NCBI GenBank assembly: GCA_030141605.1
Contig: JAQGDQ010000938.1
Span: 46,087 to 79,042 of the forward strand
DNA from: Tubiluchus corallicola
Taxonomy: Eukaryota > Animalia > Priapulida
DNA length: 32,956 bases
Direction of reading: 5' to 3'
Part shown: positions 1-11,500 of the stretch, in pieces
Position numbering within the stretch: position 1 is the first letter of the stretch
Layout of the letters: every line of letters begins with the position of its first letter
Made by a program: the position numbers and the translations under genes
Notes under the pieces: model-generated
Database searches by the model: none
What the model was told of the DNA's origin: nothing
What the model saw: only the letters and a program-made list of their open reading frames with translations

Positions 1-123
1 ATTGGCCTTTATCTTTGCACAAATCAATTGATTATCAGACGGACAAAGAAAGCTTACACAGTCAACTGCTCAGACATATAAAAACAATATATTCAACAGA
101 CGTAGTTAACAAGTTTCCTGAAA

Positions 124-129
124 TTTATT
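124..129 (-). promoter_or_regulatory. Candidate polyadenylation signal (AATAAA) of the TRPC transcript
   Basis: First canonical AATAAA/ATTAAA I could find on the minus strand downstream of the stop codon, followed by U-rich sequence. In AT-rich DNA it may be chance. Confidence 0.35.
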
Positions 130-508
130 GCTATAAAACATAAAAGGCAATAGAATTACAACACATTAATAAAAATAGCTGACAGCTTGTAAAAATAAAA
201 ATAAGCCCATAAAAATAATTAAATTTAGCATTAAAAATGTTAAAAACAGTAACATATGTAAACACTTTTGGCATAACCTCATTTAAGATCTTATTTATAC
301 AGATACATATTAAAAATATCACAGTGGAAGAATTGAGAGACACCAATGTGATATGGTAAAAATGTAATCACTATAAAAAATTAAATTTGTGTATTGTAAC
401 TATATAACACGTCAATAATCTATTAGTATTATTATAGGATCATATTACAGTATGACTGGCAGCATTGAGCATATGTTCTTATGCATTTAAAAACTTTCAT
501 AGGTTTAT

Positions 509-2098
509 GTAGCTTTAGATTCCTGTTAGAAAACATGAACATTGCAAAACATCTCACTGTGGTCAATAATGATTCACCTCAGTAGCTTTAGATTCCTGTT
601 AGAAAACATGAACATTGCAAAACATCTCACTGTGGTCAATAATGATTCACCTCAGTAGCTTTAGATTCCTGTTAGAAAACATGAACATTGCAAAACATCT
701 CACTGTGGTCAATAATGATTCACCTCAGTAGCTTTAGATTCCTGTTAGAAAACATGAACATTGCAAAACATCTCACTGTGGTCAATAATGATTCACCTCA
801 GTAGCTTTAGATTACTGTTAGAAAACATGAACATTGCAAAACATCTCACTGTGGTCAATAATGATTCACCACAGTAGCTTTAGATTCCTGTTAGAAAACA
901 TGAACATTGCAAAACATCTCACTGTGGTCAATAATGATTCACCTCAGTAGCTTTAGATTCCTGTTAGAAAACATGAACATCGCAAAACATCTCACTGTGG
1001 TCAATAATGATTCACCTTAGTAGCTTTAGATTCCTGTTAGAAAACATGAACATCGCAAAACATCTCACTGTGGTCAATAATGATTCACCTTAGTAGCTTT
1101 AGGTTCCTGTTAGAAAACACAAACATCGCAAAACATCTCACTGTGATCAATAATGATTCATCTCAGTAGCTTTAGATGCCTGTTAGAAAACACGAACATC
1201 GCAAAACATCTCACTGTGATCAATAATGATTCACCTCAGTAGCTTTAGATTCCTGTTAGAAAACATGAACATTGCAAAACATCTCACTGTGGTCAATAAT
1301 GATTCACCTCAGTAGCTTTAGATTCCTGTTAGAAAACATGAACATCACAAAACATCTCACTGTGATCAATAATGATTCACCTCGGTAGCTTTAGATTCCT
1401 GTTAAAAAACAGGAACATCGCAAAACATCTCACTGTGGTCAATAATGATTCACCTCACTAGCTTTAGGTTCCTCTTAGGAAACATGAACATCACCAAACA
1501 TCTGGCTGTGGTCAATAATGATTCACCTCAGTGGCTTTAGATTCCTGTTAGAAAACACGAACATCACAAAACATCTCGCTGTGATCAATAATGATTCATC
1601 TCAATAGCTTTAGATGCCTGTCAGAAAACACAAACATCGCAAAACATCTCACTGTGATCAATAATGATTCACCTCAGTAGCTTTAGATGCCTGTTAGAAA
1701 ACGCAAACATCGCAAAACATCTCACTGTGATCAATAATGATTCATCTCAGTAGCTTTAGATTCCTGTTAGAAAACATGAGCATCGCAAAACATCTCACTG
1801 TGATCAATAATGATTCACCTCAGTAGCTTTAGATGCCTGTCAGAAAACACAAACATCGCAAAACATCTCACTGTGATCAATAATGATTCACCTCAGTAGC
1901 TTTAGATGCCTGTCAGAAAACACAAACATCGCAAAACATCTCACTGTGATCAATAATGATTCATCTCAGTAGCTTTAGATGCCTGTCAGAATCTCACTGT
2001 GATCAATAATGATTCACCTCAGTAGCTTTAGATTCCTGTTAGAAAACACGAACATCACAAAACATCTCACTGTGGTCAATAATGATTCATCTCAGTAG
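509..2098. repeat. Tandem satellite, 73-bp unit x 22 (one copy with a 20-bp deletion near 1990)
   Basis: Unit GTAGCTTTAGATTCCTGTTAGAAAACATGAACATTGCAAAACATCTCACTGTGGTCAATAATGATTCACCTCA starts at 509, 582, 655 and so on; 2095-509 = 22x73-20. Confidence 0.97.
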
Positions 2099-2321
2099 AA
2101 ATCAAACTTGCTAATTAAAGTTTAGTTCATCACCCACTTTACAATTACAATCAGCAAAAACTTCTTTTTAGAAATTAATTTGGTCGCTCGTACCTCATGA
2201 CTGGCTTTCCACCCATCTTACAAGCTCAGGTTACAATTCCTGGTTTTCAGGTGTTCAGGTTTTAAAACAGGCGTAAAATGTTTTAAAAAGATCTGTTAAT
2301 ATTCTTAGCAATAAGAAGCAG

Positions 2322-2549
2322 TCATAAACTAGAACCACTGGACTGTTGAACATTGACTGAAGGTACCGGTAACACTCTATCTTCAGCAAGCTTCAATAGG
2401 TGAACAGTTTCTGCTACGAATTTCACTCTATCGTTCACATTTTTGATTTCACGAAAGAGAAGGTCCAGTTGTTTCTTGGTGACTGGTTCGGTGTCCGCCT
2501 CTCGCTTCTTCCTCTTAATGTATCGTTGTACTAGTTGACTCATTAGAAC
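2322..2549 (-). CDS. TRPC: TRPC coding exon 16, terminal ([17 protein letters not shown]…[13 protein letters not shown]…SSGSSL*)
   Basis: cacag| acceptor in phase 0 gives YQ|[10 protein letters not shown], the conserved TRPC C-terminal helix, followed by a coiled-coil-like segment; TGA at 2322-2324. Confidence 0.9.
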   Translation of the reverse strand, partial: VLMSQLVQRYIKRKKREADTEPVTKKQLDLLFREIKNVNDRVKFVAETVHLLKLAEDRVLPVPSVNVQQSSGSSL

Positions 2550-5500
2550 CTGTGAACCACAAAATAAAGGTCAATAACTACTACGAGTCAACAAGATTAA
2601 TCTTGTTTTGCTTTTGTCCCCCAAAAATTTTGAAAAACAGAAAATTAAAACCATATGCACCGTGCACTTACATGAATGCCGCTTTTTTACATTAATCCAA
2701 AATGAGACAACATCTAGCTTGTGTCATTGAACTAGAAGACAAGTAAGTAAAAGCAAAAAAAACAAAAACAATATTAATAAAGGAATTTAGTAATGTTCCT
2801 CTCGAAATGTCAGTTGTTAAAATAAAAAATGCAAATGACAAGCGGGATCCTGTACACACTAGCAGGACATATTTAACATAGGTAGTGGCAGGACTAGACC
2901 CTAGGTTACTATTAAGAATAATTCTCCAGCATGATCCATCAATGGTATCTTAGCTATTTTGAATGCATATTATCCCTCAATGAAGTGGACAGTCCAAAGC
3001 AGGGGTGTGCAAATTATCTGACTAGCAGGGCCACATTAAACTTTCCCGCAATTTCTGCGGGCCGCATACAGTTTGGTCAAGGAGCCAAGTACAGTAGGAC
3101 CTAATAACGATTTTTTTGCATCTGATTTGCGCACACCATTACTACACTCAAGAAACTATTTTAGAAGTAATTAAAATTTATATTAAAAACTGTATATTTC
3201 TACTTTCAGGACAGATAGTGGTAATTTCATTACAATGCATATTAGTAATGTGTATCACACAGTCTGTGTAGTACAGTGCATATTAATCTGTCTTGACTCG
3301 CCGTTCTTCTCCCATCTTCCTCTTTTTCTTATCCATGATTCTGATCTATAAGAACACTACATCTGATGAAACAACAAAACAGCCACTGATCCAGGCGTGT
3401 AATATTGAGCCTAAGCTGAAACTAAAAGCTGAAACTGAAACCACACTTTTTCAGCTTGCTGGCTACTTACAAATTGGTCTGCCCAGTCGTCTTCTTGGTC
3501 ACAGTAGGTAGATCATTTTGACTTGGTTATTTTATATTTTGTTGTAATTTATTTATTTATAATTTATTTTGTAAAATACCCAAGTCAAAATGTTCTACCT
3601 GCTATGACCAAGAAGACGACTGGACAGATCAACAGGCCCGATAATAGAAGCCTAGAGATTGGCTAATTGGTCTTCCTACCAGCCAATCAGATTGCTTCTC
3701 GCATTTCTTGCACATTTGAGCATTTGAACGGCGGCTCCCTTGATAGTTTGCTGTGTTCTGTGATTACATCGCTTTTTTGTGTTCCAAGTGAACAACGTTA
3801 AATTTCGTCATGTCCGACAGTGACAATGGTCTTGTAAGGGTTAATGCCATCCGATCTAGAGGAAAAAACTACTGCACTATCTTTACGATATTGGCGCGGA
3901 CTTCAGCTGGATCGCATGGCCGTACTTTCATTGCATTGATGCTACACTGATGACTACATGTCCAACCATCCATAGACCAAGCATCTTTCTACACCTGTGA
4001 GCAATGCATAGATCAAGCATCTTTCTACACCTGTAAGCCATCCATAGACCAAGCATCTTTCTACACCTGTGAGCCATCCATAGATCAAGCATCTTTCTAC
4101 ACCTGTGAGCCATCCATAGATCAAGCATCTTTCTACACCTGTGAGCCATCCATAGAACAAACATCTTTCTGCACCTGTAAGCCATCCATAGATCAAGCAT
4201 CTTTCTACACCTGTGAGCCATCCATAGATCAAGCATCTTTCTACACCTGTGAGCCATCCATAGATCAAGCATCTTTCTACACCTGTGAGCCATCCATAGA
4301 TCAAGCATCTTTCTACACCTGTGAGCCATCCATAGATCAAGCATCTTTCTACACCTGTGAGCCATCCATAGATCAAGCATCTTTCTACACCTGTGAGCCA
4401 TCCATAGATCAAGCATCTTTCTACACCTGTGAGCCATCCATAGATCAAGCATCTTTCTACACCTGTGAGCCATCCATAGATCAAGCATCTTTCTACACCT
4501 GTGAGCCATCCATAGATCAAGCATCTTTCTACACCTGTGAGCCATCCATAGATCAAGCATCTTTCTACACCTGTGAGCCATCCATAGATCAAGCATCTTT
4601 CTACACCTGTGAGCCATCCATAGATCAAGCATCTTTCTACACCTGTGAGCCATCCATAGATCAAGCATCTTTCTACACCTGTGAGCCATCCATAGATCAA
4701 GCATCTTTCTACACCTGTGAGCCATCCATAGATCAAGCATCTTTCTACACCTGTGAGCCATCCATAGATCAAGCATCTTTCTACACCTGTGAGCCATCCA
4801 TAGACCAAGCATCTTTCTACACCTGTGAGCCATCCATAGATCAAGCATCTTTCTACACCTGTGAGCCATCCATAGATCAAGCATCTTTCTACACCTGTGA
4901 GCCATCCATAGATCAAGCATCTTTCTACACCTGTGAGCAATGCATAGATCAAGCATCTTTCTACACCTGTGAGCCATCCATAGATCAAGCATCTTTCTAC
5001 ACCTGTGAGCCATCCATAGATCAAGCATCTTTCTACACCTGTGAGCCATCCATAGATCAAGCATCTTTCTACACCTGTGAGCCATCCATAGACCAAGCAT
5101 CTTTCTACACCTGTGAGCCATCCATAGATCAAGCATCTTTCTACACCTGTGAGCCATCCATAGATCAAGCATCTCTCTACACCTGTGAGCCATCCATAGA
5201 TCAAGCATCTTTCTACACCTGTGAGCCATCCATAGATCAAGCATCTTTCTACACCTGTGAGCCATCCATAGATCAAGCATCTTTCTACACCTGTGAGCCA
5301 TCCATAGACCAAGCATCTTTCTACACCTGTGAGCCATCCATAGATCAAGCATCTTTCTACACCTGTGAGCCATCCATAGATCAAGCATCTTTCTACACCT
5401 GTGAGCCATCCATAGATCAAGCATCTTTCTACACCTGTGAGCCATCCATAGATCAAGCATCTTTCTACACCTGTGAGCCATCCATAGATCAAGCATCTTT

Positions 5501-8500
5501 CTACATCTGTGAGCGATCCATAGATCAAGCATCTTTCTACACCTGTGAGCCATCCATAGATCAAGCATCTTTCTACACCTGTGAGCCATCCATAGATCAA
5601 GCATCTTTCTACACCTGTGATTATACATGCCAAGATAAGAAAAATGTACAATTATACCAAGTATTCTACATCTCACATTACCTGGTATGATGCAAGGCTC
5701 TTTTTATCATAACGAACTTTCGATTCTAGATCTTCCTCATCAAAACAGTAACCAAAACAAAACGTATCTTCTATTTTTATATTTGTCAGATCTGCCCAAA
5801 ACTTTGCAAAGGTCTTGGCTACAAAATGTGGCGACGGCACCAAATTAAACGGTGATGGGAGCACACTGCCTTCTTGCATATAATCCATCCACACTTTAGC
5901 TCTGGTGTATTTCCACTCCACATCTGCATTATCCTAAAATTCATGCAACTCTGTAATGTATGCTTAATACAATGTAAGTAAAATATCAGTAGAGAAATTG
6001 CATTTTTTACTGTTCTACTGGATAAATTACAATAAGTCAAATGCAGTTCCAAATAAGGGAAAAATAGAAAGAATAAAAAAGGAAAACAATGAAGGAAATA
6101 AACAATCAGTGGCTGATCAGAACATTTAAATATGATGAAACATTTAAAAAAATATATTATGTCAAAATTAGTAAAACTATATTTAAAATTTGCATTTCTT
6201 GCCAAAGTTGATTTTAAAAAGAAAAAAATGAAAATTGAAAGTTTACATTTTAGAGTTTATTTAACAGGAACTTACATATATATACTTTAATTTTGCTGAT
6301 CTGGTACCAATAAGAAAAAATGAAAACTAACGAATTTTTGCATACATCCCAAGAACTCTCGTTGTGATAATTGGCTATATAAGCAATTAATGTAAGCAGA
6401 TATCTGTTGTAAACAATCAGGAATAAACGTTTTAAATCAAACTTTTGTATTTACTTATATGTAAATGCAACCATTTTCACCACTGATATATTTGAAAATA
6501 TTAAACAATAATTGTAGTGTACAAAATAAAAATAAATTTAAATATTTTGTGATTAAGATCAGAAGTAATTACTTCTTTCACCTACAGCGAACATGAAACA
6601 CTGGCATCAAAGTAATTAGTTGCCCATTAGGGAAACCTGCTTTAATTTTTTGGAATTTTACTCCTTAATAATTATTAGCCTAATTGGGATAAACTGTAAA
6701 AAAGAATTTTTTTCTTTAGTAAGAAGAGTCTTTCAAATAGCACTCTATCAGTAAACTGCAAGCTAATGGGTGCTGGAAATATTTGGAACTCTATACACAA
6801 TAATTCCCAGGTGCATAAATTACTAGTACAGTCATACCTCCATTTTTGAACGTCTCCGTACTCGTACAAATCGGTTTTCGACCAGAAAATTCGAGTTGAA
6901 ATTGTCTCCGTTCTCAACCAGAATTTCGCTACTCGACCAATCACCAAACACGTGATGAATGCATGAGCGGCAAGCTGAGTAGAGCCGAGCATAAACGACC
7001 ACGCCCGAGAGTAGTCACGCACAAGATTTTAATTGTCTAACATCGCTAAGTGTTTTCTATGCTTACTTTTCCTGGATTTTTTTCACGTAAACCCAACACG
7101 TATGGTTTTTTCATGCAGGAATAATTACATATTTCTTTCTAAGTAATTCTATTATGTTTTTTGTTATCAGTTATATCATATCTACTGTTTAGATAAACAT
7201 TTTTACATTATTATATTTCATTTTAGCAATGCTTTACAGTTTATTTGGTGCTTGAGAACGGATTATTTGCTTTTACATTATTTCATATGGGAATAAATGA
7301 TTCGGTTCTCAAACACTTTTTAGGAACGAATTATGGTCGAAAACAGAGGTATGAGTATGACTGTAATAAAGTCACTTACAGATTCGATGAATGTTGTATA
7401 CCAGACCGTTAATTTATGAAACCATAATTAGCTCCGCCAGCACGTCTTAGTGATCAGCAAGTGAAACGCACCACCTACTTTTGTCCTTCTTAATTATAGG
7501 TTTTACATGTCAAAAGTAGACCTGCGTTAACTCAAATGTAGATTTAGGTAATTCAAATGTGTCTTGGTAACTCAAATGTAGACTCAGGTAGTTCAAATGT
7601 GTTAACAATGGTTTTCAAGAAATCTTAAGCATTTTTGGTAAGACAAATGTAGACACATGTCAAGTCAAATGTGACAATGGTATCTCAAATGTGGATAGGT
7701 GGTAAAGTTTAAGGATGTTAAATTTAATCTTCTTTAATTTCAACTTAATCATTACTCTTAAGTTAAAATAACAACATTATAGGTTCACTAATATTCTGTA
7801 AACTTTACATACCATTGGAACTGTTAGAGAAAACAATACATTTTTAAAATAAACAGTGTTTCTTGAGAGAAACTAATTCATTAATGCAGTGCTAATGAAT
7901 TACTTAAAAAACTAATTAGTGATTCTGTTCATTGGGAAGGGATAAACAACACATTTTTCAAAGTTATGAAAGAGGTGATGACTATCTTTGGTTTATTTTT
8001 TTGTAATTTGCACTTAATTGTGTTAATTACCAATTTATTCAAAGTAATGCATCTACATTTGACGTGTAAAACCTATATTACTCAGCAAACAGTTCACTGA
8101 ACAAAGGCTAGGTAATTAAACATGAATGCAAATGCTGAAAAGAAATTGTTTACATTCTGTCTGCGAATATTTGTTGTTTTTTTAATCCACAAAATTAGTT
8201 TTGTATAAAAGTGGTGAACATTATGTTAGACAATGTGTAACTCCCAGCCCATGTAATTCACACGAAATGGTGCATAGCAAATCCATCAGTTCACAAATAA
8301 CAATGCTTTGAAGCTCAATTTGCAAAAATTTAGTTCATGTTTCTTCTGATTAACAGCATTCATCGATACAGCTTTATTTAGTAAATGTTTCAAAATAACG
8401 CTATAGTATTCGCTAATCTTCCTCCATGAGCAAATTCGGATGATGAAAGATCATAAAAAATTAACTACAAATGTAGCAATTAACTGTGAATAAGCAGTAA

Positions 8501-11500
8501 CAGACACTCACCTTTGGTACGACGTAATCAGTCACAGAAAATGATTTTCAAAAGAAAAACATATGAGCTTGAAACTACATACCTGCACTTTTTGAAATGT
8601 ATTAGCCATCATGGCAATGAGCATGTTAAGAAAAACTATGATCACAACTGCATGGTAAAGACCAAATAATATGTACCCAACACCTAAAAACACCATTATC
8701 ACTAAAATACAAATAATGATGGTTATTACAAAATGTTTACATTCAATTTGTTTTGAAACTTGTTTTGTTTTTATGTTGTTCACGTTGATTCATGTTACCA
8801 TATTTTCTTAATGGTCAGTCAGTAGTAACAAACTTCATTGCACCCTCAAAGTGGAACAAAATAGGAAGACAATTTCAGATTCAAATTTGCAGCCTTTATA
8901 GTCTATGAAGATAAAAAACATTGTTGCACCGTGCAAGCCACATGGCACTCAAGCCAAAAACCAACTTTTCAGAACTTAGTTTTCAAAAACAGATGTAACT
9001 TGGACTGCTGGGACTATAAAGTATACAGAGAAAAAACTTTCATGCAAGTTTTCTACAAAGTTACTGTTATGGGCAAATTACCCAATCACCTATATAATTC
9101 GTTTTTTATTTTTCCCGCATGAGGGAGCCAAAAACTAAAGGGGACAAGTGGGCAATTGCTGGCAGACTCAACTGGTTGTTGCAGAGACTTACTTGTAATG
9201 CGGATAATGCAATTTTTATATGAGAAATTTAATGTCATGCTTCATAAACCAGAAACAGTGTGCTCTCTCTAGCCGAATGAAGTAAGTGATTTTTGTAAAT
9301 CTAAGTTTATTAATTAGATAGCAATTTTCTGTGTAATTTTTTTGTTCAAATTTCTGTAGTTTTGTTCAAATTACATTACTGCAAATTTACGTATTCTTCT
9401 GTTTTTCTCCCTCTTTAGAAAATAAAGACTGCAGAAACACCTTGTGCAAAGAACTTTCGTGTTTTGCTGTGTTAACAGTTACCTTGCGTAACGCTGTGAT
9501 GGTTAATAATAGGCACCGTATCATTGCCAAGATTCTCAATGATGACATCAGCAGATTCTACTGGAGAAAGTGCAAAAATTGACCAATACAATGTCTTGAA
9601 AGTGGAAGAAAACCTACAGAAAGTGAAAACTGATATCAACAGCTAGTTAAACATGTAGACAAGCGATGCATAGGGTATATGAAAGCAGAAGAGTTAATAA
9701 ATTGAAATGAAAAATTTGAATTTAATAGCTACTAACAATAATAATGAGAACAGAACTTTTTAAGCTTATATTGCATCAAAATGGTTTTGCATTTTAAAGT
9801 GACAATGTATAAATATGCCTAATTTCTTCACTTCATGTTAATAATACACTGATCTAATAAACAGACTTGTTTGATGATTTTAACTCTCCTGCTCTGATGT
9901 AATGATATTCAGCAATACGTAATTAGCACGATTTAGACAATTTAGCGCGATATAAAATAATTACCCATTCTACTGTGATTATCATATCATGACTGTGAGT
10001 GTGTTAGTTTAGTGAATGACTCAATTAGGCAATGCGCTTCTGTTTTCACGAAAACCTAGCAAGTCGATTTCTGGGCAAAATTAAGTTTCAGGTACCAGGG
10101 CATTCTTAGTACCATACTGCATCTTACCACCTAGTGATTTGATAACCAAAGTTTATTAAATGACTAAGTGACAAGGTAAAATACCTAGTAAGTCCACGGG
10201 ATGATGCGAAAGCAGGGTAAACAGAGAGGCAGGCTATTCAACAGTTCACAGATATTGCAGTGCACACATGATCAAAGAAACAAAAAACAGGGATTTTGCT
10301 TTTCCTTTTATATAAAAGTAGAAAAAAATTTGGTAATTTTGTTTTTGGTACACCGGCTTTGTTATTATAATTTTATTATGCGATATGCTACTTTGTTGTT
10401 TCCTGAATTTTAGTACATGTGCAGGGTTGATTGACTGACAAAATCTCCCTTGCTTGAAAGCAACACAGAAAGTTAGTAAGTCCAGCCCGGTTTTAGAAAA
10501 CAAGCAGCAAGCACGGATTGCACATTTTCAGTTTCACTATGTAGCGCAGCCCAAATAATTCATTTAATTAAAAATTACTTCAAATATATTTTTTTCCTTC
10601 GGATAACATAAAAGCATTTTTTAATGAGTATTTCTTCCAAATTTTACAGTAACATATTAAACCATTACTTCTTGATGAAGGAAAACAATCTTTCCTGCTT
10701 TTCTTAAAGCTAGTCAAACTGGACTTAGTAGGTATTTATAGAAAACGGGAAAGCATTCTTGTCCTAACAAATATGTGTTTTTTCATCAAACTTCCCTCCT
10801 GTATAGCTGGGCAACAAGCACAACCAAGTACACCAGTTTAACCAAATCACTGATATTTTTAATCTAATTAAACGCATATAAATATGTAGTTAGAGAAAAG
10901 GAATTTCAGCCTGACAGGTTCTACCAAACCAATAAAAATATTTATTTCACTATCTTCTCTATAAGAAAGATGAAAAAACTTTATTTGCTAAGTTACCATC
11001 AATTAATACCATGAAATTGTCACACTAGCTTAAAGTACAAAAACCAAACTGAAAGCGTATTTTTATTTACAAAAAACTGCACACCATTACTTACGACGTG
11101 AAAGAGCCGAGCTGATATCGTCTCCCTTCTCCTTCAATCCTCGACATTCCAGCGTAGTAACTGTACAAACGGTTCAAACCGGTTGCGAAGGAGGTAACAA
11201 CAAGCATGAACAAGCAGAGAAAAATGACTATGTCCTTCGTCATACCAGCCAGTGAAATCTAGGAGCAAAGCATAATGGGGTATGCAATATATGAAGCCAA
11301 GCTACAAGTGGGTATCCTATATCACCACTTACATATGATGGTGTTACATATGGCAAGAAAAGTTTCTCCTATTATGGAGCCACATTGTGGAATGAATTAC
11401 CAAACTGTCTCCGAATGGCCGAAAATCTTGGGGAATTTAAATGTCTAATTAACTCATGGACTGGTGTATCATGTAAATGTGCCATTTGTAAATTCAGCGA

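Noticed and set aside
509-2098. CRISPR array
   Set aside because: Units are contiguous near-identical 73-mers with no unique spacers, there are no cas genes, and the context is a eukaryotic spliced gene.
3928-5676. 582-aa and 565-aa ORFs as real repeat proteins
   Set aside because: They follow from a 36-bp stop-free unit inside an intron; both are called from non-ATG starts and have almost no unique sequence.
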